This document shows, one piece after another, positions 1-8,198 of a stretch of 45,879 nt of DNA (position 1 is its first letter; every line of letters begins with the position of its first letter). The stretch lies in the UHGV virus genome UHGV-0132371; one strand, given 5' to 3'. The notes under the pieces were generated by a model. That model did no database searches and was not told where the DNA came from. It saw only the letters and a list, made by a program, of their open reading frames with translations. This stretch comes from a virus. Both the position numbers and the translations under genes were made by a program.

Positions 1-49
1 GCATCAGAATGAGATATAATGAGATTTTTAGTGTTCCGCTTGAGAGTCT

Positions 50-586
50 ATGATGCTTACCCTAGACGAGATAGGTCAATCTGTACGTAACAATATCCAG
101 TTGATTATTGATCATGTCGGCTTACCTCTTGCTGTTGGTCCGCTCAGTGATGATGATTACAAGATTCTGTGTGGTGGCTATGGTGAGCTTGAATGGGACT
201 ATGCGTTAAGCACCTATGGCAACTCCAGAGAAAAGTATGAGTTCTGCATAAAACTTGTTCAGCAAGGTCGGGTTCAGGGAATACCATCAGGAGCAGCAAT
301 TTGTGTTTATGGGGTTGAAGAAAACATCTTTCGTATCCATATGATCGAAAGGTTTTCTAGAGAAGATGAATCTCACCCATTGAAAGGGCGCATGGTTTTA
401 CTCACTCTTATGAGTGCTTTTATATTTTGTAAAGCTGTTGAATGTAAAGTTGTCCACATTGTAGAGCCAGTACCAGAACTGGTGCAGTATTACGAGTCTT
501 TTGGTTTCCGCATGGAACAGTGCGGTTATGTGATGTCTGCAGTCATTGATGAGCTGCAGGATATCTTTCTTAAATTTGCTCAGTAG
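50..586 (+). CDS. Hypothetical protein, possibly GNAT-like (weak); AT-rich cargo gene
   Basis: 178 aa ORF in AT-rich context; C-terminal YYESFGF resembles the GNAT acetyl-CoA fold motif only loosely. Confidence 0.45.
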   Translation: MMLTLDEIGQSVRNNIQLIIDHVGLPLAVGPLSDDDYKILCGGYGELEWDYALSTYGNSREKYEFCIKLVQQGRVQGIPSGAAICVYGVEENIFRIHMIERFSREDESHPLKGRMVLLTLMSAFIFCKAVECKVVHIVEPVPELVQYYESFGFRMEQCGYVMSAVIDELQDIFLKFAQ

Positions 587-782
587 GTATAGACGAGAAG
601 GGTCTACAAATTGTAGGATACCCGTCCAGATTACCTTAAAGGTACATCTATGGCAGTCGTTTTGTGCTTAAACTACTAAGAAACGATGTCACCAATCGAC
701 ATGATCGATTGGCATAAGTTAGCTAAACAAGCTAGCTTTAAAGAGAGGGTTAGAGACGCCTTTACTGTCTCGGGAGTTTTCT

Positions 783-956
783 ATGAAAGATCAAAAAGCA
801 ACCAAGCCACAGGTTAAGTTCGACACAATGAAAGCATTCGCAGGTATGGGTGCTGCTGTTGAAGTTCTGATGAAGGCTGCTCCTAATGCGTTCACTCACG
901 CTACTGTCTCTGGTAAAGAGCAGCAGGGTAAGCTTCGTCGTCGCAAAGCAGCATGA
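783..956 (+). CDS. Small hypothetical protein (57 aa)
   Basis: ATG preceded by GGGAG about 9 nt upstream; ORF ends just before a strong hairpin terminator. Not in the supplied ORF track (below its length cutoff). Confidence 0.4.
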   Translation: MKDQKATKPQVKFDTMKAFAGMGAAVEVLMKAAPNAFTHATVSGKEQQGKLRRRKAA

Positions 957-975
957 TCATAGCTGGTGCTTTTTG

Positions 976-1003
976 AAAACCCGCCTTTAGGCGGGTTTTT
1001 TCT
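976..1003 (+). terminator. Rho-independent terminator, probably bidirectional
   Basis: AAAACCCGCC-TTTA-GGCGGG hairpin followed by TTTTTTCTTT; lies between convergent genes. Confidence 0.6.
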
Positions 1004-1285
1004 TTAGTGATGTTCTTTGCCCTTCTGTTTGCCTGTTCTGACCTGTTCCCACTCGATACGTCCTTCTTCTCGTCTTTTGTCTATGTATTCCGCAAGATCC
1101 TGAATATTGATGCAACGTTTTGCTTTTTGTGATGTGCCGATGCGATATGTTGGAACGGGCAACTTACAAGCGTTTGCTTTTGCTTCTGCCGTGGCTGGAC
1201 TCATGCCAAAGTACTTTTGGCTAACTGCTGAGAGTTCAATGTTAGGGGTATTGAATTCAGCCATCAGTAAAAACAAGGTGTTCAT
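1004..1285 (-). CDS. Excisionase-like / PrtN-AlpA-type small DNA-binding protein
   Basis: About 93 aa, last gene of the leftward early operon; start chosen at MNTLF, which has GGAG 8 nt upstream (track ORF extends to 1312). Family assignment from memory. Confidence 0.5.
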   Translation of the reverse strand: MNTLFLLMAEFNTPNIELSAVSQKYFGMSPATAEAKANACKLPVPTYRIGTSQKAKRCINIQDLAEYIDKRREEGRIEWEQVRTGKQKGKEHH

Positions 1286-1321
1286 AATTTTCTCCATCAA
1301 AACCGGCTGCACCCGGGAAAA

Positions 1322-1894
1322 TCATAATTCTGTGCTGGTGGCAGGAATTAATTTCTGCCAGATAGCGGAAACATATTTTGCCTGATGACGAGCATCAGCC
1401 AGGGCGTTGTGCCGTTCGCCATCGAAAGGCATGTCCATTTTGGGGTCGAATCCGATGAAACGCCCAAGCGTAACGATCGTGCGTACATCGTGGTCATTCC
1501 AGTACGCCCACGGGCAGATTTGTCCTGCTCGCTCGTAAGCTCCACGTAAAATTACGTTGTCGAAGGTGGCCCCGTTACCCCAGACTTTTAAATATTTTGT
1601 ATTGTCTGCATGCTGATTAATGAAATGGCTCAGTTCAGATAGGGCAGATGATATCGGCATCGCATCATCAACACAGATTGCTGATCGTGCTTCTGAGCTT
1701 TGTCTTAACCACCACAGAATAGTGTCACCATCCGGCACCGCTCCCTGCTCCATAGCGCTTTCAAGATTAACAGCGGTGTAAAACTCCTGACCCAGTTCAC
1801 CGCTTTGCGGATCGAAGAATACGGCACCAATGGAGACAATAGGGGCATTCGGTTTTTTGCCCATGGACTCAAGGTCGATCATTAAGTTGTTCAC
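1322..1894 (-). CDS. 3'-5' exonuclease (DnaQ-like fold)
   Basis: 190 aa; N-terminal MNNLMIDLESMG...IVSIGAV and a later H-x4-D are typical of the DEDDh exonuclease fold common in enterobacterial prophages. Confidence 0.7.
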   Translation of the reverse strand: MNNLMIDLESMGKKPNAPIVSIGAVFFDPQSGELGQEFYTAVNLESAMEQGAVPDGDTILWWLRQSSEARSAICVDDAMPISSALSELSHFINQHADNTKYLKVWGNGATFDNVILRGAYERAGQICPWAYWNDHDVRTIVTLGRFIGFDPKMDMPFDGERHNALADARHQAKYVSAIWQKLIPATSTEL

Positions 1895-1915
1895 GTTAAA
1901 TATTCTCCTGTTTGG

Positions 1916-2170
1916 CTATTCAGTAATCTTGCCGCGACGCATCGCACGTAGGTTTTTCAGGTTTGTTTCCTGCTCTATTTCGGCACATATTTTGCGATAC
2001 TCATCATGCTCCACTCGTTCAAAATCTTCGTTAAAGCGTTTGATGCTAATCGTTCTCAGCTCGCCATCATTGCGTTTAATTCGGACCGAGTGATCACTAC
2101 AGCTATGGATAATTACGGGCCAGTTGCTACTGTCCGTGTAGATTTGACCGCGCCGAATCAGGCTAAACAT
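1916..2170 (-). CDS. Hypothetical phage protein
   Basis: 84 aa ORF, operon context, AGGAG upstream. Confidence 0.45.
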   Translation of the reverse strand: MFSLIRRGQIYTDSSNWPVIIHSCSDHSVRIKRNDGELRTISIKRFNEDFERVEHDEYRKICAEIEQETNLKNLRAMRRGKITE

Positions 2171-2172
2171 TC

Positions 2173-2640
2173 TTATTTTTTCTCCTGCTCTGACTGTTCT
2201 TTGATATGCAATCGAGGTTCCCCGTCTTTCGGCTCAGGCCATTGGCGAACCTTATTTATAGCCAGCTTTTTTATCATTGCCTGGGTAATCTGCTCATCAC
2301 TGATACCGGCACGACGTTGCGCATCCCATAACAGGAATTGCATGTCAGCCCATTCGCTAAGGTCGCCTGGTTCAGCAGCAGCCTCGAGCGCTTCTTTGGA
2401 AAGGTGCTTCAGCGGACCAACTGGACCGACATCGCCGAAAGTAGCCTGTGACCACGCTGCATGCTCACGGCGTACCAGCTCGCGGGCAATAGCCCCATCA
2501 ATCACCTTCAATACATCAGCGAGAATGTAGGCTCTGTTCCCGCCGTTTGAGTATTGGGTATCATGCAGCAGGTGTTCGCGTATCTGGTGCAGGCGATCGA
2601 GTGATACAGGACCGTGCGCCGGGTGGTTGTTAGTTGTCAT
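2173..2640 (-). CDS. DUF550-type putative dATP/dGTP pyrophosphohydrolase (MazG-like)
   Basis: 155 aa; strong AAGGAGG RBS; resembles the DUF550 prophage family from memory. Confidence 0.55.
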   Translation of the reverse strand: MTTNNHPAHGPVSLDRLHQIREHLLHDTQYSNGGNRAYILADVLKVIDGAIARELVRREHAAWSQATFGDVGPVGPLKHLSKEALEAAAEPGDLSEWADMQFLLWDAQRRAGISDEQITQAMIKKLAINKVRQWPEPKDGEPRLHIKEQSEQEKK

Positions 2641-2653
2641 GGGTTAGTCCTCC

Positions 2654-2962
2654 TTAATCCCATTGCAAAACTGATGCGAAATATGCACCGCGACACGGCG
2701 AATCACGAGGATGATGCCAGCCTGAATAGCCATCCTGACCACCTATTGGGCTAACTTTGTACCAGCACTGATAATAGCGGGCGCTACTTGCAAAATCAGC
2801 CGCACCATCCGAGTCGATTACATCTTGGGACACAGAAGCCTGAATTATTTCCGCTTCCGTATAATCGCCGCGCATAACGATGAATCGCGCATCTTCCGAG
2901 CAAAGATAATCACATGAACCGTCATATTTACCTTTGGCGGTAGGTTTGATTAATTTATCCAT
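2654..2962 (-). CDS. Hypothetical phage protein
   Basis: 102 aa ORF with GGGGGAG RBS; packed in operon. Confidence 0.45.
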   Translation of the reverse strand: MDKLIKPTAKGKYDGSCDYLCSEDARFIVMRGDYTEAEIIQASVSQDVIDSDGAADFASSARYYQCWYKVSPIGGQDGYSGWHHPRDSPCRGAYFASVLQWD

Positions 2963-2963
2963 C

Positions 2964-3311
2964 TCACTCCCCCTTCACGCCAATGCCAGCGGCTACAAGT
3001 TCTGCGGTGTTGGCATCCTGCTGTCGGCAGTCGCATTCAATCTCAATCGGCTCGCCCCATGGCTGCGTGCCGCCACTATCAGTCATTCCTGTGTCGTTGC
3101 ATTTCGGGCATGGTTTTTCCTCAAGCGCATTCAGCAACATACGGATCTCATGTTGTTGTGCTGCTATCGTTGAGTCTTTGGCTTCCAACTCATCCAGCAG
3201 CGCCTCCGCCTCGATGTAAATCACCTGCCGATCGTGGTCTGCCGGGTCGCTATAGTTGTCCTGCATGAACTGGAATTCTTCACGCAGCGCCTGTTTGTTG
3301 AGTGCTGTCAT
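2964..3311 (-). CDS. Ead/Ea22-like protein
   Basis: 115 aa; coiled-coil N-terminus and C-terminal CPKC...ECDC cysteine cluster typical of Ead/Ea22-like proteins. Confidence 0.5.
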   Translation of the reverse strand: MTALNKQALREEFQFMQDNYSDPADHDRQVIYIEAEALLDELEAKDSTIAAQQHEIRMLLNALEEKPCPKCNDTGMTDSGGTQPWGEPIEIECDCRQQDANTAELVAAGIGVKGE

Positions 3312-3562
3312 TGGGCTGCTCCTTGTCTGGCTCTGCTCAAGAGCTGGTTAAACATCATGGTTAGGCTGTTACTGCAACCAAACGGCATATCGTTAATGCG
3401 GTATGTTGGAATACCCTTGCGAACACCAGACTTCACGATCCGACCGGTGCCATAGAGCTGAGATAATGCTCCGGCGACCGCTGGGGTCTTTTTGTTCATA
3501 CCTTTGGCGATTTCACCGCTGGTGGTATTCGGATGAGCCTGGAGATATTCAAATACGGTCAT
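3308..3562 (-). CDS. Small winged-helix DNA-binding protein (putative)
   Basis: 84 aa; start overlaps the upstream stop (ATGA); predicted HTH-like segment. Confidence 0.45.
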   Translation of the reverse strand: MTVFEYLQAHPNTTSGEIAKGMNKKTPAVAGALSQLYGTGRIVKSGVRKGIPTYRINDMPFGCSNSLTMMFNQLLSRARQGAAQ

Positions 3563-3726
3563 GGCGTTTTATCTTTACGTTCCTGTTCCAGTTGCACCAG
3601 AGACTCTTTTAATGCTGCGAACGTAGCGTCCAGTCTGGTGGCGACTTCGCGCATAAGCGGCGCATGCTTTGGTGGCAATTCAGCAACGGAGGCAAACGCC
3701 TCCGCTACGAGTTCTTTTACCTTCAT
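3559..3726 (-). CDS. Small hypothetical protein (55 aa)
   Basis: ORF below track cutoff; ATGA overlap with stop of the upstream gene and TGA/ATG overlap with the downstream start suggest translational coupling. Confidence 0.35.
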   Translation of the reverse strand: MKVKELVAEAFASVAELPPKHAPLMREVATRLDATFAALKESLVQLEQERKDKTP

Positions 3727-4262
3727 GCGGCGCATTGGCGCTGCTCCATCAACTCGTTAAAGCGATTGATGAACATGCCGTATGACTGGCCAGGACGAAC
3801 TGGGTTGATAATGAATAAATCCGTTGGGACAACTCCCTCGAGGCATGGCCAAATGGAACCTTCGTCAATCTCAAAATCGCGGCGTTCGCTGGCGAGCATC
3901 ACCAGGTCGGCATATTTCACGGTTGGGTGTTGCTCAGTTGGTAGACCGAACTTCTGCCGAATGGCTGCGTCCACACGAGCTTCGATTGCCTGGTAATCCG
4001 GAAGCAGGCGCTTAAGTGGGGAGGGGATGTCCTGCAGGTAGGCTTCAGCAGCATCATGAAGCAGTGCTTCTAATGCAAACTCCTGCGGAACGAGGTGGCT
4101 GGTTAAAACGCTATGCTGGCCGACACTGTAAAACTCAGGAAGATGCCCTGCAAAGCGGCAGATATGAGACAACGCGGTAGCAATATCCTCGATCACGATA
4201 TCGTCCTGTTGGATATCGAGGTAATTAAAATGTTTGCCGGATAATGTCTGAATGTAGCTCAT
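3723..4262 (-). CDS. HD-domain phosphohydrolase (putative)
   Basis: LLHDAAEAY motif with upstream histidines; start chosen at MSYIQ, which has GGAG upstream (track ORF extends to 4289). Confidence 0.55.
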   Translation of the reverse strand: MSYIQTLSGKHFNYLDIQQDDIVIEDIATALSHICRFAGHLPEFYSVGQHSVLTSHLVPQEFALEALLHDAAEAYLQDIPSPLKRLLPDYQAIEARVDAAIRQKFGLPTEQHPTVKYADLVMLASERRDFEIDEGSIWPCLEGVVPTDLFIINPVRPGQSYGMFINRFNELMEQRQCAA

Positions 4263-4370
4263 GGTTTTCTCCATATTGGCGCGCTGCACCGCGCCATTAA
4301 ATTAATGAATTGCTGAATTTAGCGTGCAGCAACCCAACCCATGCTTATGGGGGTAATTGTTGCCTGGTGT

Positions 4371-5288
4371 TTATCGCTTGGCTTCGCCGCCGAGAGAGGT
4401 TGTTAATCCGTTAATGAGAGAGATAAGCTCGCCGGTCATCAGAACAAAGTCAGCGTCGAACCGCTGAGCCGCATCCTCACGGTCGATATCGTCGTTTTGT
4501 TCTGTAATCTCATTAGAGAACTTAAGGCGTTTGATGCTGCCGTCATCGCAAAGAACGAACTGAATGCGCTGTTGCCAGTCGATAGACAGCTTTGTAACTA
4601 CTTTGCCAGCTTCCAGATGCACATGAATTTCGTCACTGACCAGAGTCTGTTTTTTAAAGCGTCCAATACCGCCATCTTCAAGAATAGCTTTCAGTTCGGC
4701 TTCATCACCCAGGCCAAAGCCAGCAGGCGCACTACCGGAACGAACCCATTCGGTCATAGTTAGTTCGATCGGCGTTTCCATAGTCAGCGGTACCACCGGG
4801 AGAGAACCGAGAGTTTTACGAAGCAGGGCCAGTGAGTCTTCGGCACGTTTAGCGCTGGCTGCATCAACCATGATCAGACCGTCGGTGACGTTGATCCACA
4901 AACTAACAGTCGAGTTTTTGGAGAACGCCCGAGGAAGCAGGGAGTGCAACACTTCATCACGCAGCGAATCTTTCTCAGTTTTTTTGAGGCGACGCCCCTG
5001 ATCGGATTCCAGACGCGACACACGCTTGCGCAGTTCTTCAGCAATGACAGGAGATGGCAGTATTTTTTCTTCCCGGCGAATAACCAACAACACTTGATTA
5101 TTGACAGTGTGATGCAAGCGATCTGACAGCTGACCAAGTGGTGATACCCAACCGGTTTTTGCCATATCCTGGCTACCGCATGGAGTGAAGCGAAATAGTT
5201 CAAGCTGCTGTTCCAGCTCTTCCTGGTTGATGGTGAAATCGCGACTAATGCGATACACCAACATATTTTTGAAAAACGGATTGTTCAT
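4371..5288 (-). CDS. rdgC: Recombination-associated protein RdgC homolog
   Basis: 305 aa, alignable by eye along its whole length with E. coli RdgC ([11 protein letters not shown]..., [37 protein letters not shown]). Confidence 0.85.
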   Translation of the reverse strand: MNNPFFKNMLVYRISRDFTINQEELEQQLELFRFTPCGSQDMAKTGWVSPLGQLSDRLHHTVNNQVLLVIRREEKILPSPVIAEELRKRVSRLESDQGRRLKKTEKDSLRDEVLHSLLPRAFSKNSTVSLWINVTDGLIMVDAASAKRAEDSLALLRKTLGSLPVVPLTMETPIELTMTEWVRSGSAPAGFGLGDEAELKAILEDGGIGRFKKQTLVSDEIHVHLEAGKVVTKLSIDWQQRIQFVLCDDGSIKRLKFSNEITEQNDDIDREDAAQRFDADFVLMTGELISLINGLTTSLGGEAKR

Positions 5289-5340
5289 TCTCGGTTCCTC
5301 AACGCCTCTGCACCGGCGCTAAAAAGTTAGTTTCTCCATA

Positions 5341-5452
5341 CACAACAGAGAAGGGCACCTGCATTGGTCGGCGGCTTGCAGAGACCGCTTTCTTTTTGCC
5401 CGGGTGGATTGGGTTATGAGCCCGTCGCCCGGTGATGCCCTTTTCTGTTGTG
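5341..5452 (-). other. Long imperfect hairpin (16 of 18 bp stem, about 76 nt enclosed) in the leader between the first early-left gene and rdgC
   Basis: CACAACAGAGAAGGGCAC at 5341-5358 pairs with ATGCCCTTTTCTGTTGTG at 5435-5452; GC-rich interior with further self-complementarity. Confidence 0.4.
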
Positions 5453-5600
5453 CCCTGAAAAAGGCTGGCGGTTACCGGAAATACACGGGAAAACACCGGG
5501 CCGCCAGAACAGGGAGTTACTTGTTATTGCTTTAGCCTGCTTTTAACCACATCAGGCGCGGTGGTATCTTGGTGTTCTCACACAACCAAGAGGGATGTTT

Positions 5601-5798
5601 ATGGGCGCTTTTGATAACCAGGAAATTACGTTACCCGCATGCCCTAAGTGCGGCACTAAGACGAAGAAGAAAATCGCTTGGCTCAAGTCGAACAAAAGTT
5701 TCACTTGTCGATGTGGAGCTACTATCAATGTCAACAGCAGCCAGCTTACTTCCGAAATCAGGATGGTTGAGGACAAGCTGAAGAAGCTCTTTAAATAG
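5601..5798 (+). CDS. Small zinc-ribbon protein (CPKCG...CRCG), antisense to the early-left gene
   Basis: AGAGGGA RBS, possible TGnTATCTT promoter upstream, hairpin plus T-run downstream; but it overlaps the minus-strand ORF 5631..5996, so it may be a shadow frame. Confidence 0.35.
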   Translation: MGAFDNQEITLPACPKCGTKTKKKIAWLKSNKSFTCRCGATINVNSSQLTSEIRMVEDKLKKLFK

Positions 5799-5996
5799 TT
5801 TTTTATCGACTGATATTATTTCGTTATCAGAGGTTGGTTTTTCAGCCTCTGATTTTTTAGTCAGGATCATTTTTTCTACACATGTGACTACGCATTCCGA
5901 ACAGATGGCAGGTTCGTCCTTACCACCTTTTGCGACGATCTTTATCGCTCCCAGTTCGGTTGCTCCGCAAAATGAGCATGTGAATAAATGATTCAT
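5631..5996 (-). CDS. ClpX-type zinc-finger protein, first gene of the leftward early operon
   Basis: N-terminus LFTCSFCG...(x19)...ICSECV..C closely matches the ClpX N-terminal zinc-binding domain; GAGG RBS before the ATG at 5996. Confidence 0.5.
   Translation of the reverse strand: MNHLFTCSFCGATELGAIKIVAKGGKDEPAICSECVVTCVEKMILTKKSEAEKPTSDNEIISVDKKLFKELLQLVLNHPDFGSKLAAVDIDSSSTSTSETFVRLEPSDFLLRLSAALRACG
5826..5859 (+). terminator. Possible hairpin terminator after the plus-strand small ORF
   Basis: ATCAGAGG...CCTCTGAT inverted repeat followed by TTTTTT; large loop, so weak. Confidence 0.3.
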
Positions 5997-6014
5997 GTAA
6001 ACCTCTACCCCCAA

Positions 6015-6252
6015 CCTAAGTTTTCTGTCAGCGAATCATCCGGTTATTCATATGCCACCGGCGGCTACTTCGTGGGCGTCCTGCCTGTTCGCTGTTGATG
6101 AATACATAATTAACCAATGGCTAATATTTGTAAACAACCAATAGTTAATTTTTGAGTGTTTAGGAATTAACTCAATGATTTTTAATAAAATATATTTTGT
6201 TGTTAAGTGATGACGTGCTTAAAAAAAACACCATCTACAAAAGAGGAGTGTT
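6015..6252. promoter_or_regulatory. AT-rich intergenic region; candidate early-left promoter/operator and promoter of the plus-strand small gene
   Basis: Very AT-rich with repeated GTTAAT/ATTAAC half-site-like motifs also present in the cI-cro intergenic region. Confidence 0.3.
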
Positions 6253-6459
6253 ATGGAACGTGATGATCTGGAAGAAGACCGCGCAGCGTTCATTGCTGGC
6301 GAGATAGGCGGAGTGGTGATTCAGTTAATCATCGAAGGGATCGAAATCAACCGTGATAATATCGTTGAGTATCTGGAGGCAAAGCGTCGCGCGGTTGGTA
6401 ACGTGATCCACAAAGGCTTGCTGAGAGATGCTGCGGAATTTGTGAGGAAAGGGCAATAA
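6253..6459 (+). CDS. Small acidic hypothetical protein (68 aa), moron-like
   Basis: Strong AAGAGGAG RBS; AT-rich upstream region; opposite orientation to neighbours. Confidence 0.5.
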   Translation: MERDDLEEDRAAFIAGEIGGVVIQLIIEGIEINRDNIVEYLEAKRRAVGNVIHKGLLRDAAEFVRKGQ

Positions 6460-6481
6460 AAACCCGACGCGGTGGTCGGGT
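6456..6481 (-). terminator. Rho-independent terminator ending the cI-cargo operon
   Basis: CCCGAC-CACCGC-GTCGGG hairpin followed by a U-tract on the minus strand, immediately after the stop at 6481. Confidence 0.55.
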
Positions 6482-6672
6482 TAGAACAGGAGTTTAACTG
6501 CGGCTAGGGTCAGACCTGTGATTGTAAAGATCGCACCAACTATCGACCAAGTCTGAATCCTGAGTTCCTTTTGTAGGTCTTCTCGTGTCGCGTAATTAGA
6601 CTTGATAACAGCAACATCAGTCTTAATGGACGCGATATCTACCTCAAGCTGCCTAACTCTTGCTTCAAGCAT
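6481..6672 (-). CDS. Small coiled-coil protein with C-terminal transmembrane helix (XhlA-like architecture)
   Basis: Start chosen at MLEARV, which has GGAGGTGA 6 nt upstream (track ORF extends to 6795 and would overlap the upstream gene); hydrophobic C-terminus [22 protein letters not shown]. Confidence 0.5.
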   Translation of the reverse strand: MLEARVRQLEVDIASIKTDVAVIKSNYATREDLQKELRIQTWSIVGAIFTITGLTLAAVKLLF

Positions 6673-6739
6673 ATCATCACCTCCGCCATCTCCGCCTCGT
6701 CGTGTTATTGCAGGTAGTTCACTATTAAATGGTACTACA

Positions 6740-7087
6740 TTATTTTGCGGCGTCGGCATTTTTTTCATCTTCCGTTTTTGCCGGGAATTTTTCATTTACC
6801 CAGTTAAGAACTGAAAACGCATTTATATGTGTTTCATTTCCACAATTGTTGCATATTAGTGAAAAGTAATACTGGTTAGCAGTATCGGAATAAATGCTTT
6901 TTTCAGTAAAAACATTTACATAACTACCAAGCGCCATAGTGCATGGCATTCCAACACTCGCACTGACTTGAGGCACCGTTAACCTGTCATGCCCACATAG
7001 CGTGCATTTTAGATATATATTCTTTTCTGAGAAGTAAGAGACTAACATGTCCATGTTGATCCTTTCGAACCCCTGTTCACTCGCCAT
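6740..7087 (-). CDS. Zinc-ribbon protein (CTLCG...CNNCG), gene directly downstream of cI
   Basis: 115 aa, GAGGA RBS, starts 16 nt after the cI stop, so probably co-transcribed with the repressor. Confidence 0.55.
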   Translation of the reverse strand: MASEQGFERINMDMLVSYFSEKNIYLKCTLCGHDRLTVPQVSASVGMPCTMALGSYVNVFTEKSIYSDTANQYYFSLICNNCGNETHINAFSVLNWVNEKFPAKTEDEKNADAAK

Positions 7088-7103
7088 TCACATATCCTCA
7101 GAG

Positions 7104-7838
7104 TTAAAGTCGATTATATTTAATTGACTCATGAATCAATGCCTTACCCATGACATAAAGCTGATCCTGATTCGCCTCATTGATGTACCACTTTTCATAT
7201 GCAGAGTTATCAGACAGAACAGCGAGCTTGTCACCTTGCATCTGTAGGCGCTTAACATGAAACGTCTTACCGTATACGAAAGAGTAAACACCGTCGGTCT
7301 GGAAGTGACGAACTGAGATGTCGACGAATAGTCGATCACCAGAAACGAGGGTTGGTGACATACTGTCGCCGTTAACAGTCATGACCTTCACATCTTCTGG
7401 ATCGCGATTTCCAAAAAGCACTCGGGCATGTTCAGTCGTGAACTCAATGGCGTACAAGACTTCAACATAGTCAGAAAGCATGTAGGTGCCAGGTCCAGCA
7501 CTGACAGATAAATCCAGAACTTCAACGCGATAAACATCCTGCTCTGGCTTATTAACCATGCGTTTCACTTCCCCTGTATCTGTTGGCTCACCAACACCGT
7601 ATTCCAGCCATTCGGCACGTACACCAAGTACTTTACTGAGAGCCACTATTTTCTGACTGTCCGGTATGGCCTGGGCGTTGAACCACTTCCAAACTCCAGG
7701 TGTAGTGATCTCCACCCCGGCTTTATTAAGCAGGTCTGCAAGGTTTTTGTTTCGTCCCCGACCAGTTAATCCAGCAAGTTGACAAACTTGCAGCAGCCTA
7801 GTCGTGAAACCTTCTTTCGTTTCGTCTCTCTTAACCAT
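7104..7838 (-). CDS. cI: CI-like prophage repressor (N-terminal HTH, C-terminal S24 LexA-type peptidase domain)
   Basis: VNGDSMSPTL serine motif and downstream HVKRL lysine; divergent from a Cro-like gene. Confidence 0.85.
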   Translation of the reverse strand: MVKRDETKEGFTTRLLQVCQLAGLTGRGRNKNLADLLNKAGVEITTPGVWKWFNAQAIPDSQKIVALSKVLGVRAEWLEYGVGEPTDTGEVKRMVNKPEQDVYRVEVLDLSVSAGPGTYMLSDYVEVLYAIEFTTEHARVLFGNRDPEDVKVMTVNGDSMSPTLVSGDRLFVDISVRHFQTDGVYSFVYGKTFHVKRLQMQGDKLAVLSDNSAYEKWYINEANQDQLYVMGKALIHESIKYNRL

Positions 7839-7921
7839 TAGTTAAATATCCGGGAACTTGACTTTGCTGTCAGTTAATATTTATTATTAACTTGTGGTTA
7901 ATTTTGTAATCAGGAGAGTCA
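7839..7921. promoter_or_regulatory. Divergent immunity promoter/operator region (PRM/PR-like)
   Basis: 83 bp AT-rich spacer between divergent cI and cro-like genes containing GTTAATATTTATTATTAAC and TTAACTTGTGGTTAAT dyads. Confidence 0.5.
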
Positions 7922-8170
7922 ATGAACGCTGTAGAAATTGCAGTAGAAGCTGTCGGTGGACAAACAGCAGCCGCAAAAATTTGTGGTTTATCCCCGGTAG
8001 CTGTTCACCGCTGGGTTAAAAACGCCTGTCTTCCTCGTACCGAATACACAAAAAAAACGGAATACGCGGAGTTACTTGCTTCTAAATCAGCAGGTCAGTT
8101 CACTGCTGACTGGTTGCTGGAAAATGCTAATCCTGATCGTCCAGGAAAGGTTAACGATCCATCAGCTTAA
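7922..8170 (+). CDS. cro: Cro-like / YdaS-type HTH regulator
   Basis: 82 aa, AGGAGAG RBS, first gene of the rightward operon; HTH signature GQTAAAKICGLSPVAVHRW. Confidence 0.7.
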   Translation: MNAVEIAVEAVGGQTAAAKICGLSPVAVHRWVKNACLPRTEYTKKTEYAELLASKSAGQFTADWLLENANPDRPGKVNDPSA

Positions 8171-8198
8171 ACGTAACCACAGAAATTAGGGGATAACC

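Noticed and set aside
5299-5496. 65 aa minus-strand ORF in the rdgC-upstream gap
   Set aside because: Basic, low-complexity translation with no RBS, lying inside the long hairpin region; more likely non-coding.
5289-7100. An N-like antiterminator and nut sites in the early-left region
   Set aside because: No small arginine-rich N-like ORF or boxA/boxB motif could be identified with confidence; the first leftward gene is instead the ClpX-type zinc-finger protein.
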